Of a DNA stretch of 36,209 nucleotides, positions 16,369-25,015 are shown piece by piece (within the stretch, counting starts at the first letter, position 1; each line of letters opens with the position of its first letter). Position numbers and translations under genes: made by a program. Origin of the DNA: Bacteroidales bacterium (GTDB lineage: Bacteria > Bacteroidota > Bacteroidia > Bacteroidales > JALTDM01); the NCBI GenBank assembly GCA_027074135.1, contig JALTDM010000023.1, positions 1-36,209 of the forward strand, in the 5' to 3' direction. Below the pieces are notes generated by a model. It made no database searches. It was given only the letters and a program-made list of their open reading frames with translations, and was not told the origin of the DNA.

Positions 16369-18743
16369 AACAAAAGTCCTCCAATTTGATAAACTAAAAA
16401 TCCGAATATCCACGCCAAACCAGTGGTATAAACCATCATAAACGTAGGCCAAGTCCATGTGCCTGTTTCTTTGTAAACCGTGGCAATGGTAGCGACACAT
16501 GGAAAATACAATAAAACAAATACTAAAAATGCAAGTGCAGTTAATTTGTTAAAAACAGGGGCTCCATCGCTTTTCCTTGCTGTTTTCAGTGCTTGTTTTA
16601 AATCTTTTTGATCGTCACCACTCCCAACATATAACACGCCCATCGTACTGACTATCACTTCTTTCCCGGACACTCCCGCAATTACGGCAACAGTTTCTCT
16701 CCAATCAAATCCTAATGGAGCAAATGCAGGCTGAACTGCACGTCCTATTTGACCTATGTATGAATTATATAAAGTTGTCTTGTGAGTTTCTTTTATATCT
16801 TTCTCCGGCCGGGGAAAATAACCTAAAAACCATATAATTATTGAGGCAACTAAAATTATACCCCCCATTTTATTCAAATATTGCAGAGCTTTATGCCACA
16901 TATGCCTTAATGTAGATTTCATCGTCGGCATTCTGTACGGTGGTAATTCCATTACAAACGGAACCTCTTTTTTGTTGAAAAATATTTTTTTGAAAATAAT
17001 AGCTATTAAAATAGCAACGGAAATACCCAATAAATACAAAAAGAAAATAACTGATCCTGCACGGTGTGGGAAAAAAGTTCCTGCAATTAAAATGTAAACA
17101 GGCAAGCGTGCACTGCAAGACATAAAAGGATTTATCAAAATGGTGAGCAATCTGTCGTTTTTGCTTTCTATCGTTCGAGTAGCCATTATTGCCGGCACAT
17201 TACAACCAAATCCCATAATAAGCGGTATAAATGACTTGCCGTGCAAACCTATTTTATGCATCAACTTATCCATAATAAAAGCCGCCCGTGCCATATATCC
17301 TGTATCTTCCATGAATGATATAAAGAAAAATAGTATCAAAATGTTAGGCAAGAACACTATTACACTTCCAACACCACCTACAATACCATCGACAAGCAAA
17401 TCTCTTAACATTCCTGTAGGCAAAATCATATTTAAAACATCTTTCAACCAAACAATAATATAATCAATCCAATCCATAGGATATTTTCCCAACCAAAAAG
17501 TTCCTTCGAACATCACCAAAAGAAAAAATAAAAATATAGGGAACCCTAAAAATTTATGTGTAAGTATATTATCAAGTTTATTAGTACCTATGTGAGAATT
17601 TTTATTCCCTTCTAAATAAGTTTCTTTAAGCGCTCCTCTTACAAAAGCATAACGCGAATTTACAATCAAGTCGTCCACTTCTTTTTCACTACCTAAATGC
17701 TCTTTAGTCTTTTGGCGGTAATTATATGTTTTTTTCCTTATTTGTTTATAATTATTAAAGGACTTTGATTTTTGCATAATCAACGGGTCTTGCTCCAATA
17801 ATTTTATTGCCAAAAAGCGTGGTGATACAGCATTAGATAACGAACTTCCCGTTTTTTCAGCAGTTAACTCTTCTGCTAATTCAGAAACAAAACGTTCTAT
17901 AGGTTTTTGATACCTTATAATGACATTTCTTTGATTATCGTTTTCGTAAGTATCTATTATTGACTGTAATACTTCACCGATACCAATTTTTTTACTACCT
18001 ATTGTTGGAACAAGTTTAACTCCCAACATTCCCCCAAGTAACTTATAATCTAGATGTGAACCTGTCTTTTGCAACTCATCATACATATTAAGTGCAACCA
18101 CCAACTTGAGGTTTGTTTCCAAAAGCTGCGTTGTCAAATACAAGTTCCGTTCAATATTTCCTGCATCTGCCACATTTAAAACAACATCAGGTATGTCGGT
18201 TATCAAATGGTTCAATACAAATTTTTCTTCAGGAGAATATGCAGTTAGCGAATAAGTACCAGGTAAGTCGATAAAATTGATTCTATATCCTTTAAAAGTC
18301 GTACTACCTTTTTTTGCATCAACTGTAACACCGCTGTAATTCCCCACATGTTCAACTGAACCGGTAAAATAATTAAACAACGTGGTTTTACCACAATTAG
18401 GATTACCTACAAGTGCAACATTTATAACCTTTTGCTTATGTGTCTTAGAGCTGAAATTGGAATTATTTTTTAAATTATATGTCTGAGAAATCTCTTCCGC
18501 ACTTATTTTAAAATCATCAAAATCTTTACTCACTTCAATCAACTCCGCTTCACTACGTCTAAGACTCACTTCAAAATTCATTATTTTGTAGTCAACTGGG
18601 TCTTGTAAAGGTGCTTGCCTAACAACCTCAATAATCCGTCCTTCCACAAAGCCAAGCTCTGCCATCCTTTTCTTAAATTCACGGTGTCCTTTGACTTTTA
18701 CAATTACACCTCTTTCTTTATTTTTCAGTTCTACCAGTTTCAT
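16365..18743 (-). CDS. feoB: Ferrous iron transporter FeoB with fused N-terminal FeoA domain
   Basis: FeoA domain (APLQDP..Y......SLRRSEA), G1 GNPNCGKT, VGNYSGVTV, DLPGTYSL, GFGCNVPA, PFMSCSARLP and LLYFPCVAT. Confidence 0.95.
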   Translation of the reverse strand: MKLVELKNKERGVIVKVKGHREFKKRMAELGFVEGRIIEVVRQAPLQDPVDYKIMNFEVSLRRSEAELIEVSKDFDDFKISAEEISQTYNLKNNSNFSSKTHKQKVINVALVGNPNCGKTTLFNYFTGSVEHVGNYSGVTVDAKKGSTTFKGYRINFIDLPGTYSLTAYSPEEKFVLNHLITDIPDVVLNVADAGNIERNLYLTTQLLETNLKLVVALNMYDELQKTGSHLDYKLLGGMLGVKLVPTIGSKKIGIGEVLQSIIDTYENDNQRNVIIRYQKPIERFVSELAEELTAEKTGSSLSNAVSPRFLAIKLLEQDPLIMQKSKSFNNYKQIRKKTYNYRQKTKEHLGSEKEVDDLIVNSRYAFVRGALKETYLEGNKNSHIGTNKLDNILTHKFLGFPIFLFFLLVMFEGTFWLGKYPMDWIDYIIVWLKDVLNMILPTGMLRDLLVDGIVGGVGSVIVFLPNILILFFFISFMEDTGYMARAAFIMDKLMHKIGLHGKSFIPLIMGFGCNVPAIMATRTIESKNDRLLTILINPFMSCSARLPVYILIAGTFFPHRAGSVIFFLYLLGISVAILIAIIFKKIFFNKKEVPFVMELPPYRMPTMKSTLRHMWHKALQYLNKMGGIILVASIIIWFLGYFPRPEKDIKETHKTTLYNSYIGQIGRAVQPAFAPLGFDWRETVAVIAGVSGKEVIVSTMGVLYVGSGDDQKDLKQALKTARKSDGAPVFNKLTALAFLVFVLLYFPCVATIATVYKETGTWTWPTFMMVYTTGLAWIFGFLVYQIGGLLL

Positions 18744-18848
18744 ATAAATACAAACAATGGATTGAATTTGTAAAATTACATTAAGCCAACCAGTTGGAAA
18801 TAACCTTTTTTAGGTATTTAAAAAAGGAAGATATTTTATGTAATAAAA

Positions 18849-19200
18849 AAGCAGCAGGTCTGTAAGCCGGATTCTGTAACTGTTCCGCAAGGAAACAGTT
18901 TTCCGTCATTTATCTGATGCGGCCTACCCTCCTACTCGGGCGGGACCACCCTCAAACGCAGGTTTACTTGGCCTTGCAGCCCGCAGCCGGTACGGCTACC
19001 GCTGTTACCAACGGTACCGGTAGGCTCTTACCCTACCTTTTCACCCTTGCCGGCATACCCGTAGATCTGCTTAGGCGGTTGTTTTCTGTTACCGGTACTT
19101 GCCCTCACGGACAACTCCCGTTTCGGAAGTGCGAAGCCCTTCGCTGTCCGGACTTTCCTCTCCTACAACATGGCAGAAGCGACGGAACGACCTGCTGCTT
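18849..19200 (-). ncRNA. rnpB: RNase P RNA (type A)
   Basis: Minus strand has GAGGAAAGTCCGG near the 5' end, AGGGTGAAAAGGTAGGGTAAGAGCCTACC, and ACAGAATCCGGCTTA at the 3' end. The P1 helix AAGCAGCAGGTC / GACCTGCTGCTT is a perfect 12 bp. Confidence 0.96.
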
Positions 19201-19231
19201 ATCTTATACTGCAAAACAAATAAAAAGTTGC

Positions 19232-20935
19232 TTATTCCACAAACTTTTCTATTTCGGCAGTGATGTTTTCAATTTTTTTGTGCAATGCCATTTTTGACTT
19301 GTTGCTTTCAAACTTAGATTTTACGCTTATGTAAAATTTAATTTTAGGCTCTGTGCCGGATGGCCTTACAGATAATTTTGTTCCGTCATCATACACAAAT
19401 TGCAATACATTAGAAACTGGAAATCCCAGCAGAGGCTTTTCACCTTCATTATCAAAAATCTTTTGCAACTTATAATCAAAAGTTCTTTCTATCTTCATTC
19501 CCTGCAGCTCAAGCGGATTCCTTCGTAACTTTTCCATAATTTCAGCAATTTGTGCAGCACCTTGTGCTCCTTTTTTCACAACATTTATCAAATGTTCGGC
19601 GTACAAACTGTATTCAGCATAAATATCATCCAGTATGTCAATAAGTGTTTTGCCTTGTGATTTTGCCCATGCTGCTGCTTCCGCCAACAATACGCCGGTG
19701 GAAATTGCATCTTTGTCCCTTGTGTAATCTCCCGTCAAAAATCCATAACTTTCTTCTCCGCCGCAAATGAACCTTTGTTTACCTTCGTTCAGCTTGATTT
19801 GTTCTGCAATGTATTTAAAACCGGTAAGTACTTCTATACACCTCACACAAAAAGATTCTGCAATATCGCAAAGCAAATCAGTGGTTACAATTGTTTTTAC
19901 AATGAAATCGGTAGATTTTAAGTCTTTTTTGTGTTTAAGAATGTAATAGGTTAGCAGTGAAGCAATTTGATTGCCGTTAATCAGTTCTATGTTGCCTTGA
20001 TGCTTTACTCCTGCAGCAACTCTATCTGCATCGGGGTCGGTAGCCAGCACAAGGTCTGCACCTTCTTGTTTGGCAAGTTTTATTGCCAGAGACAATGCTT
20101 CTGCATTTTCGGGGTTGGGTGATTTTACGGTTGGGAAATTGCCGTCGGGAACAGCTTGTTGTGGCTCTGTAGTTATATTTTCAAACCCGTATGCTTCCAA
20201 TATCCTCGGCATCATTTTTATTCCTGTGCCGTGAATTGGTGTGTAAACTATTTTCAAATCTTTTTTCAGATTTGGATTTACGGAAAGTTTTGTTATTTCG
20301 CTTATGTACGCTTTGTCAATTTCTTCGCCGATTACGGAAATAAGTGATTCGTTTTTGTTGAAGTTTATTTGAGATACGGAATTTATGTTTTTTACTTCCG
20401 CTATAATGTTTCTATCGTGTGGTGGTACTATTTGTCCTCCGTCTTCCCAATAAACTTTGTATCCATTATATTCTTTTGGATTGTGTGATGCGGTAATGAC
20501 TATTCCGCTTTGGCAATTCAAGTACCTGACGGCAAAAGAAAGTTCGGGAGTAGGGCGGATATCGTCAAATATGTAAACTTTTATGCCGTTTGCACTCAAA
20601 ATTTCTGCAGCAGTGGTTGTAAACAATTTACTGTTGTTGCGGCTGTCATAGGCTATTACCACTTTAATTTCTTTGCCTTCAAATGACTTGTTCAGGTAAT
20701 TTGCAAGACCTTGTGTGACCATTCCGACAGTATAAATATTCATTCTATTAGTTCCTACGCCCATTATACCACGCAAACCGCCGGTACCAAACTCCAAGTC
20801 TTTATAAAAAGCGTCTATCAATTCTTTTTCATCGTTTTCCAGTATATATTTCACTTGCTTGCGAGTTTCTTCGTCAAACTCATTGCCAAGCCAAACTTGA
20901 GCTTTTTTCTTTATTTCTTTAATATTCAGTTCCAT
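19232..20935 (-). CDS. pgm: Phosphoglucomutase / phosphomannomutase
   Basis: FGTGGLRG, TASHNP (phospho-Ser), DPDADR (metal), GEESYG and RPSGTEPKIKFY. Confidence 0.93.
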   Translation of the reverse strand: MELNIKEIKKKAQVWLGNEFDEETRKQVKYILENDEKELIDAFYKDLEFGTGGLRGIMGVGTNRMNIYTVGMVTQGLANYLNKSFEGKEIKVVIAYDSRNNSKLFTTTAAEILSANGIKVYIFDDIRPTPELSFAVRYLNCQSGIVITASHNPKEYNGYKVYWEDGGQIVPPHDRNIIAEVKNINSVSQINFNKNESLISVIGEEIDKAYISEITKLSVNPNLKKDLKIVYTPIHGTGIKMMPRILEAYGFENITTEPQQAVPDGNFPTVKSPNPENAEALSLAIKLAKQEGADLVLATDPDADRVAAGVKHQGNIELINGNQIASLLTYYILKHKKDLKSTDFIVKTIVTTDLLCDIAESFCVRCIEVLTGFKYIAEQIKLNEGKQRFICGGEESYGFLTGDYTRDKDAISTGVLLAEAAAWAKSQGKTLIDILDDIYAEYSLYAEHLINVVKKGAQGAAQIAEIMEKLRRNPLELQGMKIERTFDYKLQKIFDNEGEKPLLGFPVSNVLQFVYDDGTKLSVRPSGTEPKIKFYISVKSKFESNKSKMALHKKIENITAEIEKFVE

Positions 20936-20964
20936 AGAATAAATTTTTATTTAACATTTTTTTC

Positions 20965-21033
20965 ACCTCTGTGTATATCCCCTCAATATGAGGAGAGCTT
21001 AAATTTTCTCCCTTGAGGGAGAATTAAGGGGGT
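20965..21033. repeat. Nested double-hairpin (REP-like) intergenic palindrome
   Basis: Hairpins TCCCCTCA-ata-TGAGGAGA (20978-20996) and TTCTCCC-ttga-GGGAGAA (21006-21023), enclosed by ACCTCT...AGGGGGT. Confidence 0.5.
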
Positions 21034-21035
21034 AA

Positions 21036-21923
21036 TTACTTATTGCTTTTATACCCTAATTTCTTCAGACAACGTTTCAATGCGTTTCGCCAATATGGTA
21101 TTTCCACACCGTAAATTGTTTTAATCTTTGTTTTGTCAAGCACCGAAAAATGTGGTCTCTTTGCCGGTGTTGGAAATTCTTCGGTTTTTATAGGTATTAC
21201 TTTTTTATCTATGCCTGCAAGTTCCAAAATATTAACAGCAAAGTCGTACCAACTTGCAACTCCTTCATTAGAAAAATGATAAATACCCGGTTGAAAGAAA
21301 TTGTTTTTAATATCTTTTTCCAAAATGTGCAAAATGACCTTTGCCAAATCAGCAGCATAAGTAGGTGTTCCTACTTGGTCACTTACTATACGAAGTTCAT
21401 CTTTTTCGTCGGCAAGCCTCAAAATCGTTTTTACAAAGTTGTGTCCAAAGGATGAATATAGCCACGATGTTCTGATAATCAATACATTGTCGTTGTCTTG
21501 TATCCGCTTTTCTCCTTCCAGTTTGGTTTTACCGTAAACTCCCGTAGGGTTTACTTCGTCTTCTTCCGTGTAAGGAGTGTTTTTTTCCCCGTCAAATACA
21601 TAATCGGTAGATATGTGAATCATTTTTACTTCCGGGTTGTACTCCATGGCGGCTTTCAGTAAAATTTCTGGAGCATTGGTATTTACCATTTTTGCCTGCC
21701 CGGGCTCAGATTCTGCTTTGTCCACGGCTGTATATGCCGCACAATTTACCACATAATCAATCGGATTTTTTGCAAAAAAACAAAAAACCGATCTGTCGTC
21801 TGTTAAGTCCAATTCATCAATATCAACAAATACAAAGTCCAAAAAAGGAACTGCCGCAGACAGTTCCTTTAATTCGTTTCCGAGTTGCCCTTTGGCACCT
21901 GTCACCAAAACTTGTTTGTTCAT
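21036..21923 (-). CDS. rfbD: dTDP-4-dehydrorhamnose reductase
   Basis: VTGAKGQLG, NCAAYTAVDKAE, HISTDYVFDG, YGKTKLEGE and DQVGTPTY. Confidence 0.95.
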   Translation of the reverse strand: MNKQVLVTGAKGQLGNELKELSAAVPFLDFVFVDIDELDLTDDRSVFCFFAKNPIDYVVNCAAYTAVDKAESEPGQAKMVNTNAPEILLKAAMEYNPEVKMIHISTDYVFDGEKNTPYTEEDEVNPTGVYGKTKLEGEKRIQDNDNVLIIRTSWLYSSFGHNFVKTILRLADEKDELRIVSDQVGTPTYAADLAKVILHILEKDIKNNFFQPGIYHFSNEGVASWYDFAVNILELAGIDKKVIPIKTEEFPTPAKRPHFSVLDKTKIKTIYGVEIPYWRNALKRCLKKLGYKSNK

Positions 21924-23386
21924 TATGCTTCAGGTATGTTTTCTATTACATCTTTCAACAAATCATAAAATTTCTTAACAGTTTCAATTTCAATTCTTTC
22001 GTCAGGTGAATGCACGTCTTTCAATGTCGGACCGAATGAAATCATATCCAGATAAGGATATTTTTCAAGGAACAATCCGCATTCAAGCCCTGCGTGAATA
22101 GACCTTACAACAGGCATTTTGCCGAAAAGCTTTTTGTATGAGTTTTCGGCAATTTTTAATACTGTAGAATCAGGATTTGGTGTCCAGCCCGGATATTCAC
22201 CACCGTGTTCCACTTTGGCTCCAGCAAGCGTAAATACTGCTTCTATGGCATTGGCAATATCGTATTTTGCTGAATTTATTTCGCTGCGTTGGCTGGTGGT
22301 AACTTCAATGGTGTTTTCGTCAATATATTTGATAGAAGCTAAGTTTGTAGAAGTTTCTACCAGTCCGGGCATTCTCTTGCTCATTGCAATTACACCGTTT
22401 GGCAAGCCGTAAATGGCATTCAGTAAGCGGTCTTTTGTGTTTTCGTCTATTACATATTCAGGTAATTCATGTGAACCGAGTTCAAGTTTAATGTCCGGTT
22501 CCACAATTTTTATTTCGTTTTCTATGTCAGCTATAAATTTGTTGAAATCAGCTCTTGCTTCTTCTTTGTGTTTGTGCGGAACAGTGAATACCGCATAAGC
22601 TTCTCTCGGTATGGCATTCCTTAAGTTACCACCTTCAAATTTATAAAGTTCAATACCGTATTTTTTGTTCATTGTCCATAAGTAGCGGTTAAGGATTTTG
22701 ATAGCATTCCCGCGGTTTTTGTTGATGTCGTCTCCAGAGTGACCGCCTTTCAAGCCTGATATTTTAATTTCGAGGGCTTGGTGGCTCTGAAGAGCAGGTT
22801 TGGTATGGAAGTTAAATTGTGCTACTGTATCAAGACCTCCTGCACAACCGATAAAAATTTCTCCTTCGTCTTCTGAATCCAAGTTCAGCAAAATTTTACC
22901 TTCAAAAAATCCTTCTTCCAAATTAAATGCTCCTGTCAAACCTGTTTCTTCATCTACCGTAAACAGTGCTTCTATAGGTCCGTGCTTTACGCTGTCGTCA
23001 ATTAGTATTGCCATTTGAGCTGCCATTCCGATACCATCGTCAGCTCCCAGTGTTGTTCCTTCTGCAGTTACCCAACCGTCTTCTATTTTTACTTTAATGG
23101 GGTCAGTGTCAAAATTATGAGGTACATCGCTGTTTTTTTCGCAAACCATATCCATGTGGCTTTGCAATACTACAGGTACACGGTTTTCATATCCTGGAGT
23201 GGCAGGCTTTTTCATAAGAACGTTACCCGCTTTATCGGTTTTTACTTCTATGTTGTGTTTTTTTGCCCATTCTATAAGGAAGTTCCTTATTTTTTCTTCT
23301 TTTTTAGAGCATCTCGGTATTTTGGTTATTTCATCAAAAATTTGCCAAACGAGTTTAGGTTCCAATTCTCTTATTGTTGTTGCCAT
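21923..23386 (-). CDS. pepD: Aminoacyl-histidine dipeptidase PepD (M20C)
   Basis: LQSHMDMVCEK, TTLGADDGIG, DEETG, NLDSE, GGHSG and IHAGLECG. ATG at 23386 lies downstream of the promoter motif. Confidence 0.93.
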   Translation of the reverse strand: MATTIRELEPKLVWQIFDEITKIPRCSKKEEKIRNFLIEWAKKHNIEVKTDKAGNVLMKKPATPGYENRVPVVLQSHMDMVCEKNSDVPHNFDTDPIKVKIEDGWVTAEGTTLGADDGIGMAAQMAILIDDSVKHGPIEALFTVDEETGLTGAFNLEEGFFEGKILLNLDSEDEGEIFIGCAGGLDTVAQFNFHTKPALQSHQALEIKISGLKGGHSGDDINKNRGNAIKILNRYLWTMNKKYGIELYKFEGGNLRNAIPREAYAVFTVPHKHKEEARADFNKFIADIENEIKIVEPDIKLELGSHELPEYVIDENTKDRLLNAIYGLPNGVIAMSKRMPGLVETSTNLASIKYIDENTIEVTTSQRSEINSAKYDIANAIEAVFTLAGAKVEHGGEYPGWTPNPDSTVLKIAENSYKKLFGKMPVVRSIHAGLECGLFLEKYPYLDMISFGPTLKDVHSPDERIEIETVKKFYDLLKDVIENIPEA

Positions 23387-23413
23387 TTTTTTATGTTTTT
23401 TTGTTATCCTTTG

Positions 23414-23421
23414 CAAATGTA
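23414..23421 (-). promoter_or_regulatory. Bacteroidota -7 promoter element (TACATTTG)
   Basis: TAnnTTTG consensus about 28 nt upstream of the pepD ATG. Confidence 0.6.
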
Positions 23422-23487
23422 AATATTAAAATTAAAAAGAGGTAATGATAGTGGAGATTATTAGTTTTTATTTTTAATTTTTTTAAC

Positions 23488-23522
23488 AAAAAAGGCTGCC
23501 TTTGTAAAAGACAGCCTCTTTT
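23488..23522 (-). terminator. Rho-independent terminator after the FadL-like gene
   Basis: AAAAAAGGCTG / CAGCCTCTTTT stem with a minus-strand U tract, about 20 nt past the stop codon. Confidence 0.75.
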
Positions 23523-23541
23523 CCGGTAAGCTATTTCTTAA

Positions 23542-24984
23542 TTAAAATCTTACCCCTACAGTTGCTGTAAAGTAATTAAGAGATTGATTAGCATTAATGG
23601 CACTTACCGGTTTATCTTCCAATTTATATGGATAAATTACAGTTTTCTTTTGCAATAATGAATATGTAAGGTCAAGGTATAAACTTTCGCCTCTTATTCT
23701 TACTCCTCCGTTATAATTTATGGCATATAGGCTTTTATCTGTTTTGTAAGGGCTGGAATAGTAACCTACACCGCCTCTCAAGGCAATTATACCAATATTA
23801 TATTCTATACCACCTCTTATGTTAAGTCCCCAGGTATATAGGTTTGAAATATTGTTATTTTCTGTTGTAAAGTTATAATCATCACTTTTTAATCTGGCAC
23901 TGCCGTAATTCACGCCTTCAATATCCAGAGATAATATGCCGTTTTGTGAAAAAACTATTCCGAGAGAGCCAATAAATCTTGCCGGAGTTATCAAACTATA
24001 TTCGTATTTGTTTTTTGTAGAAGAAATTGTAAAAGCACTTGTATCAAAATGTGTATCCATTTTAGTCCAATAATCATCTTCCATACTGAAAAATGTAGGT
24101 GTATGAACTGCCAATCCTATACGAAACATACGGTTTATTTTGTATAATAATCCGAATTTGAGATTTGCACCGGTACCATCCGTATTCAAGTTATCGGTAA
24201 AAGTAAAATAATAAAAATCAGGTATGGAATCATATTGGTCGGCTTCTGTAATAATTTTTTTGTGAGAATAGTTTATTGTTTGGATATTAAACGAAGCACC
24301 CAGGTACAATTTATTTTCATAGTTTCCTGCAAAAGCAAAATTGAATTCTCCAAGTCCGCCTTTTGACGATTGTTCATAAGATTGCAGTTCTCCGTATTTA
24401 CCGTCATAAACATTGTGATATGTAGAAGTGGTGCCGGGAACTGTATCAATCAAATATGTGTTGAATGCAAGTCCTTCTTCAAATTCATATAAAGCATTAG
24501 GCGGATTACCATTTGCCATTTGAACAAAATAATCAGCCAAAGAACTTGTATTATTTATCCCTTGTGCATTAATATCGTTTCTAAAATCCGCCAATCTGTT
24601 ATATGTTTCTGCAAAATTTGTATTTATCCACCCTTCTTTTTTATCATTAGAACTAAATGTAAGAACCATACCTAAATTATTAAACTGTACTCCATAGGAA
24701 AAGTCATTAAGTTTATTATCCAAATAATTTGAATTTGTACTGTTGAAAACAAACGATGGAGTTATGGTTACTACTGAATTATGTCTGTAAACTCCCAATC
24801 CCGCAGGATTTTGTGCTGTCAAACTAAGATCTGCTCCCAATGCTCCAAATCCACCACCCATTGCCGAAAAACGAGCTGTTCCCATAGGTGTGAGGAATGA
24901 ATATCTCAACGCATCATCTTCGTTTTGAGCAAACAGCCCTAATCCTGTTGTTAGTAAAACCAATATTGCAATGATTTTTTTCAT
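23542..24984 (-). CDS. FadL/OmpP1-family outer-membrane beta-barrel protein ('hemin receptor'-type)
   Basis: Signal peptide, DALRYS...GTARF.AMGGGFGALGAD.S...NPAGL N-terminus, amphipathic strands and terminal Phe (TVGVRF). Confidence 0.85.
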   Translation of the reverse strand: MKKIIAILVLLTTGLGLFAQNEDDALRYSFLTPMGTARFSAMGGGFGALGADLSLTAQNPAGLGVYRHNSVVTITPSFVFNSTNSNYLDNKLNDFSYGVQFNNLGMVLTFSSNDKKEGWINTNFAETYNRLADFRNDINAQGINNTSSLADYFVQMANGNPPNALYEFEEGLAFNTYLIDTVPGTTSTYHNVYDGKYGELQSYEQSSKGGLGEFNFAFAGNYENKLYLGASFNIQTINYSHKKIITEADQYDSIPDFYYFTFTDNLNTDGTGANLKFGLLYKINRMFRIGLAVHTPTFFSMEDDYWTKMDTHFDTSAFTISSTKNKYEYSLITPARFIGSLGIVFSQNGILSLDIEGVNYGSARLKSDDYNFTTENNNISNLYTWGLNIRGGIEYNIGIIALRGGVGYYSSPYKTDKSLYAINYNGGVRIRGESLYLDLTYSLLQKKTVIYPYKLEDKPVSAINANQSLNYFTATVGVRF

Positions 24985-25015
24985 GATTATAATTTTTTAT
25001 TGTTAAACAACTGAA

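Noticed and set aside
16369-16500. N-terminal extension of the 107-aa ORF
   Set aside because: It overlaps feoB out of frame; the ATG at 16368 with an ATGA overlap is the plausible start.
18744-18848. Fur/DtxR operator upstream of feoAB
   Set aside because: Only short imperfect palindromes (TGTAAAATTACA, CCAACCAGTTGG) are present, with no convincing match to known boxes.
18917-19297. 126-aa plus-strand ORF
   Set aside because: It is antisense to the RNase P RNA and has no protein-like features.
21036-21923. rfbD outside a rhamnose cluster as a sign of a disrupted O-antigen locus
   Set aside because: An unlinked rfbD is common in Bacteroidota, and the gene is intact and coupled to pepD.
23542-24984. 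Assignment as PorV or another named FadL-superfamily member
   Set aside because: Only family-level motifs are recognisable; orthology needs a search.
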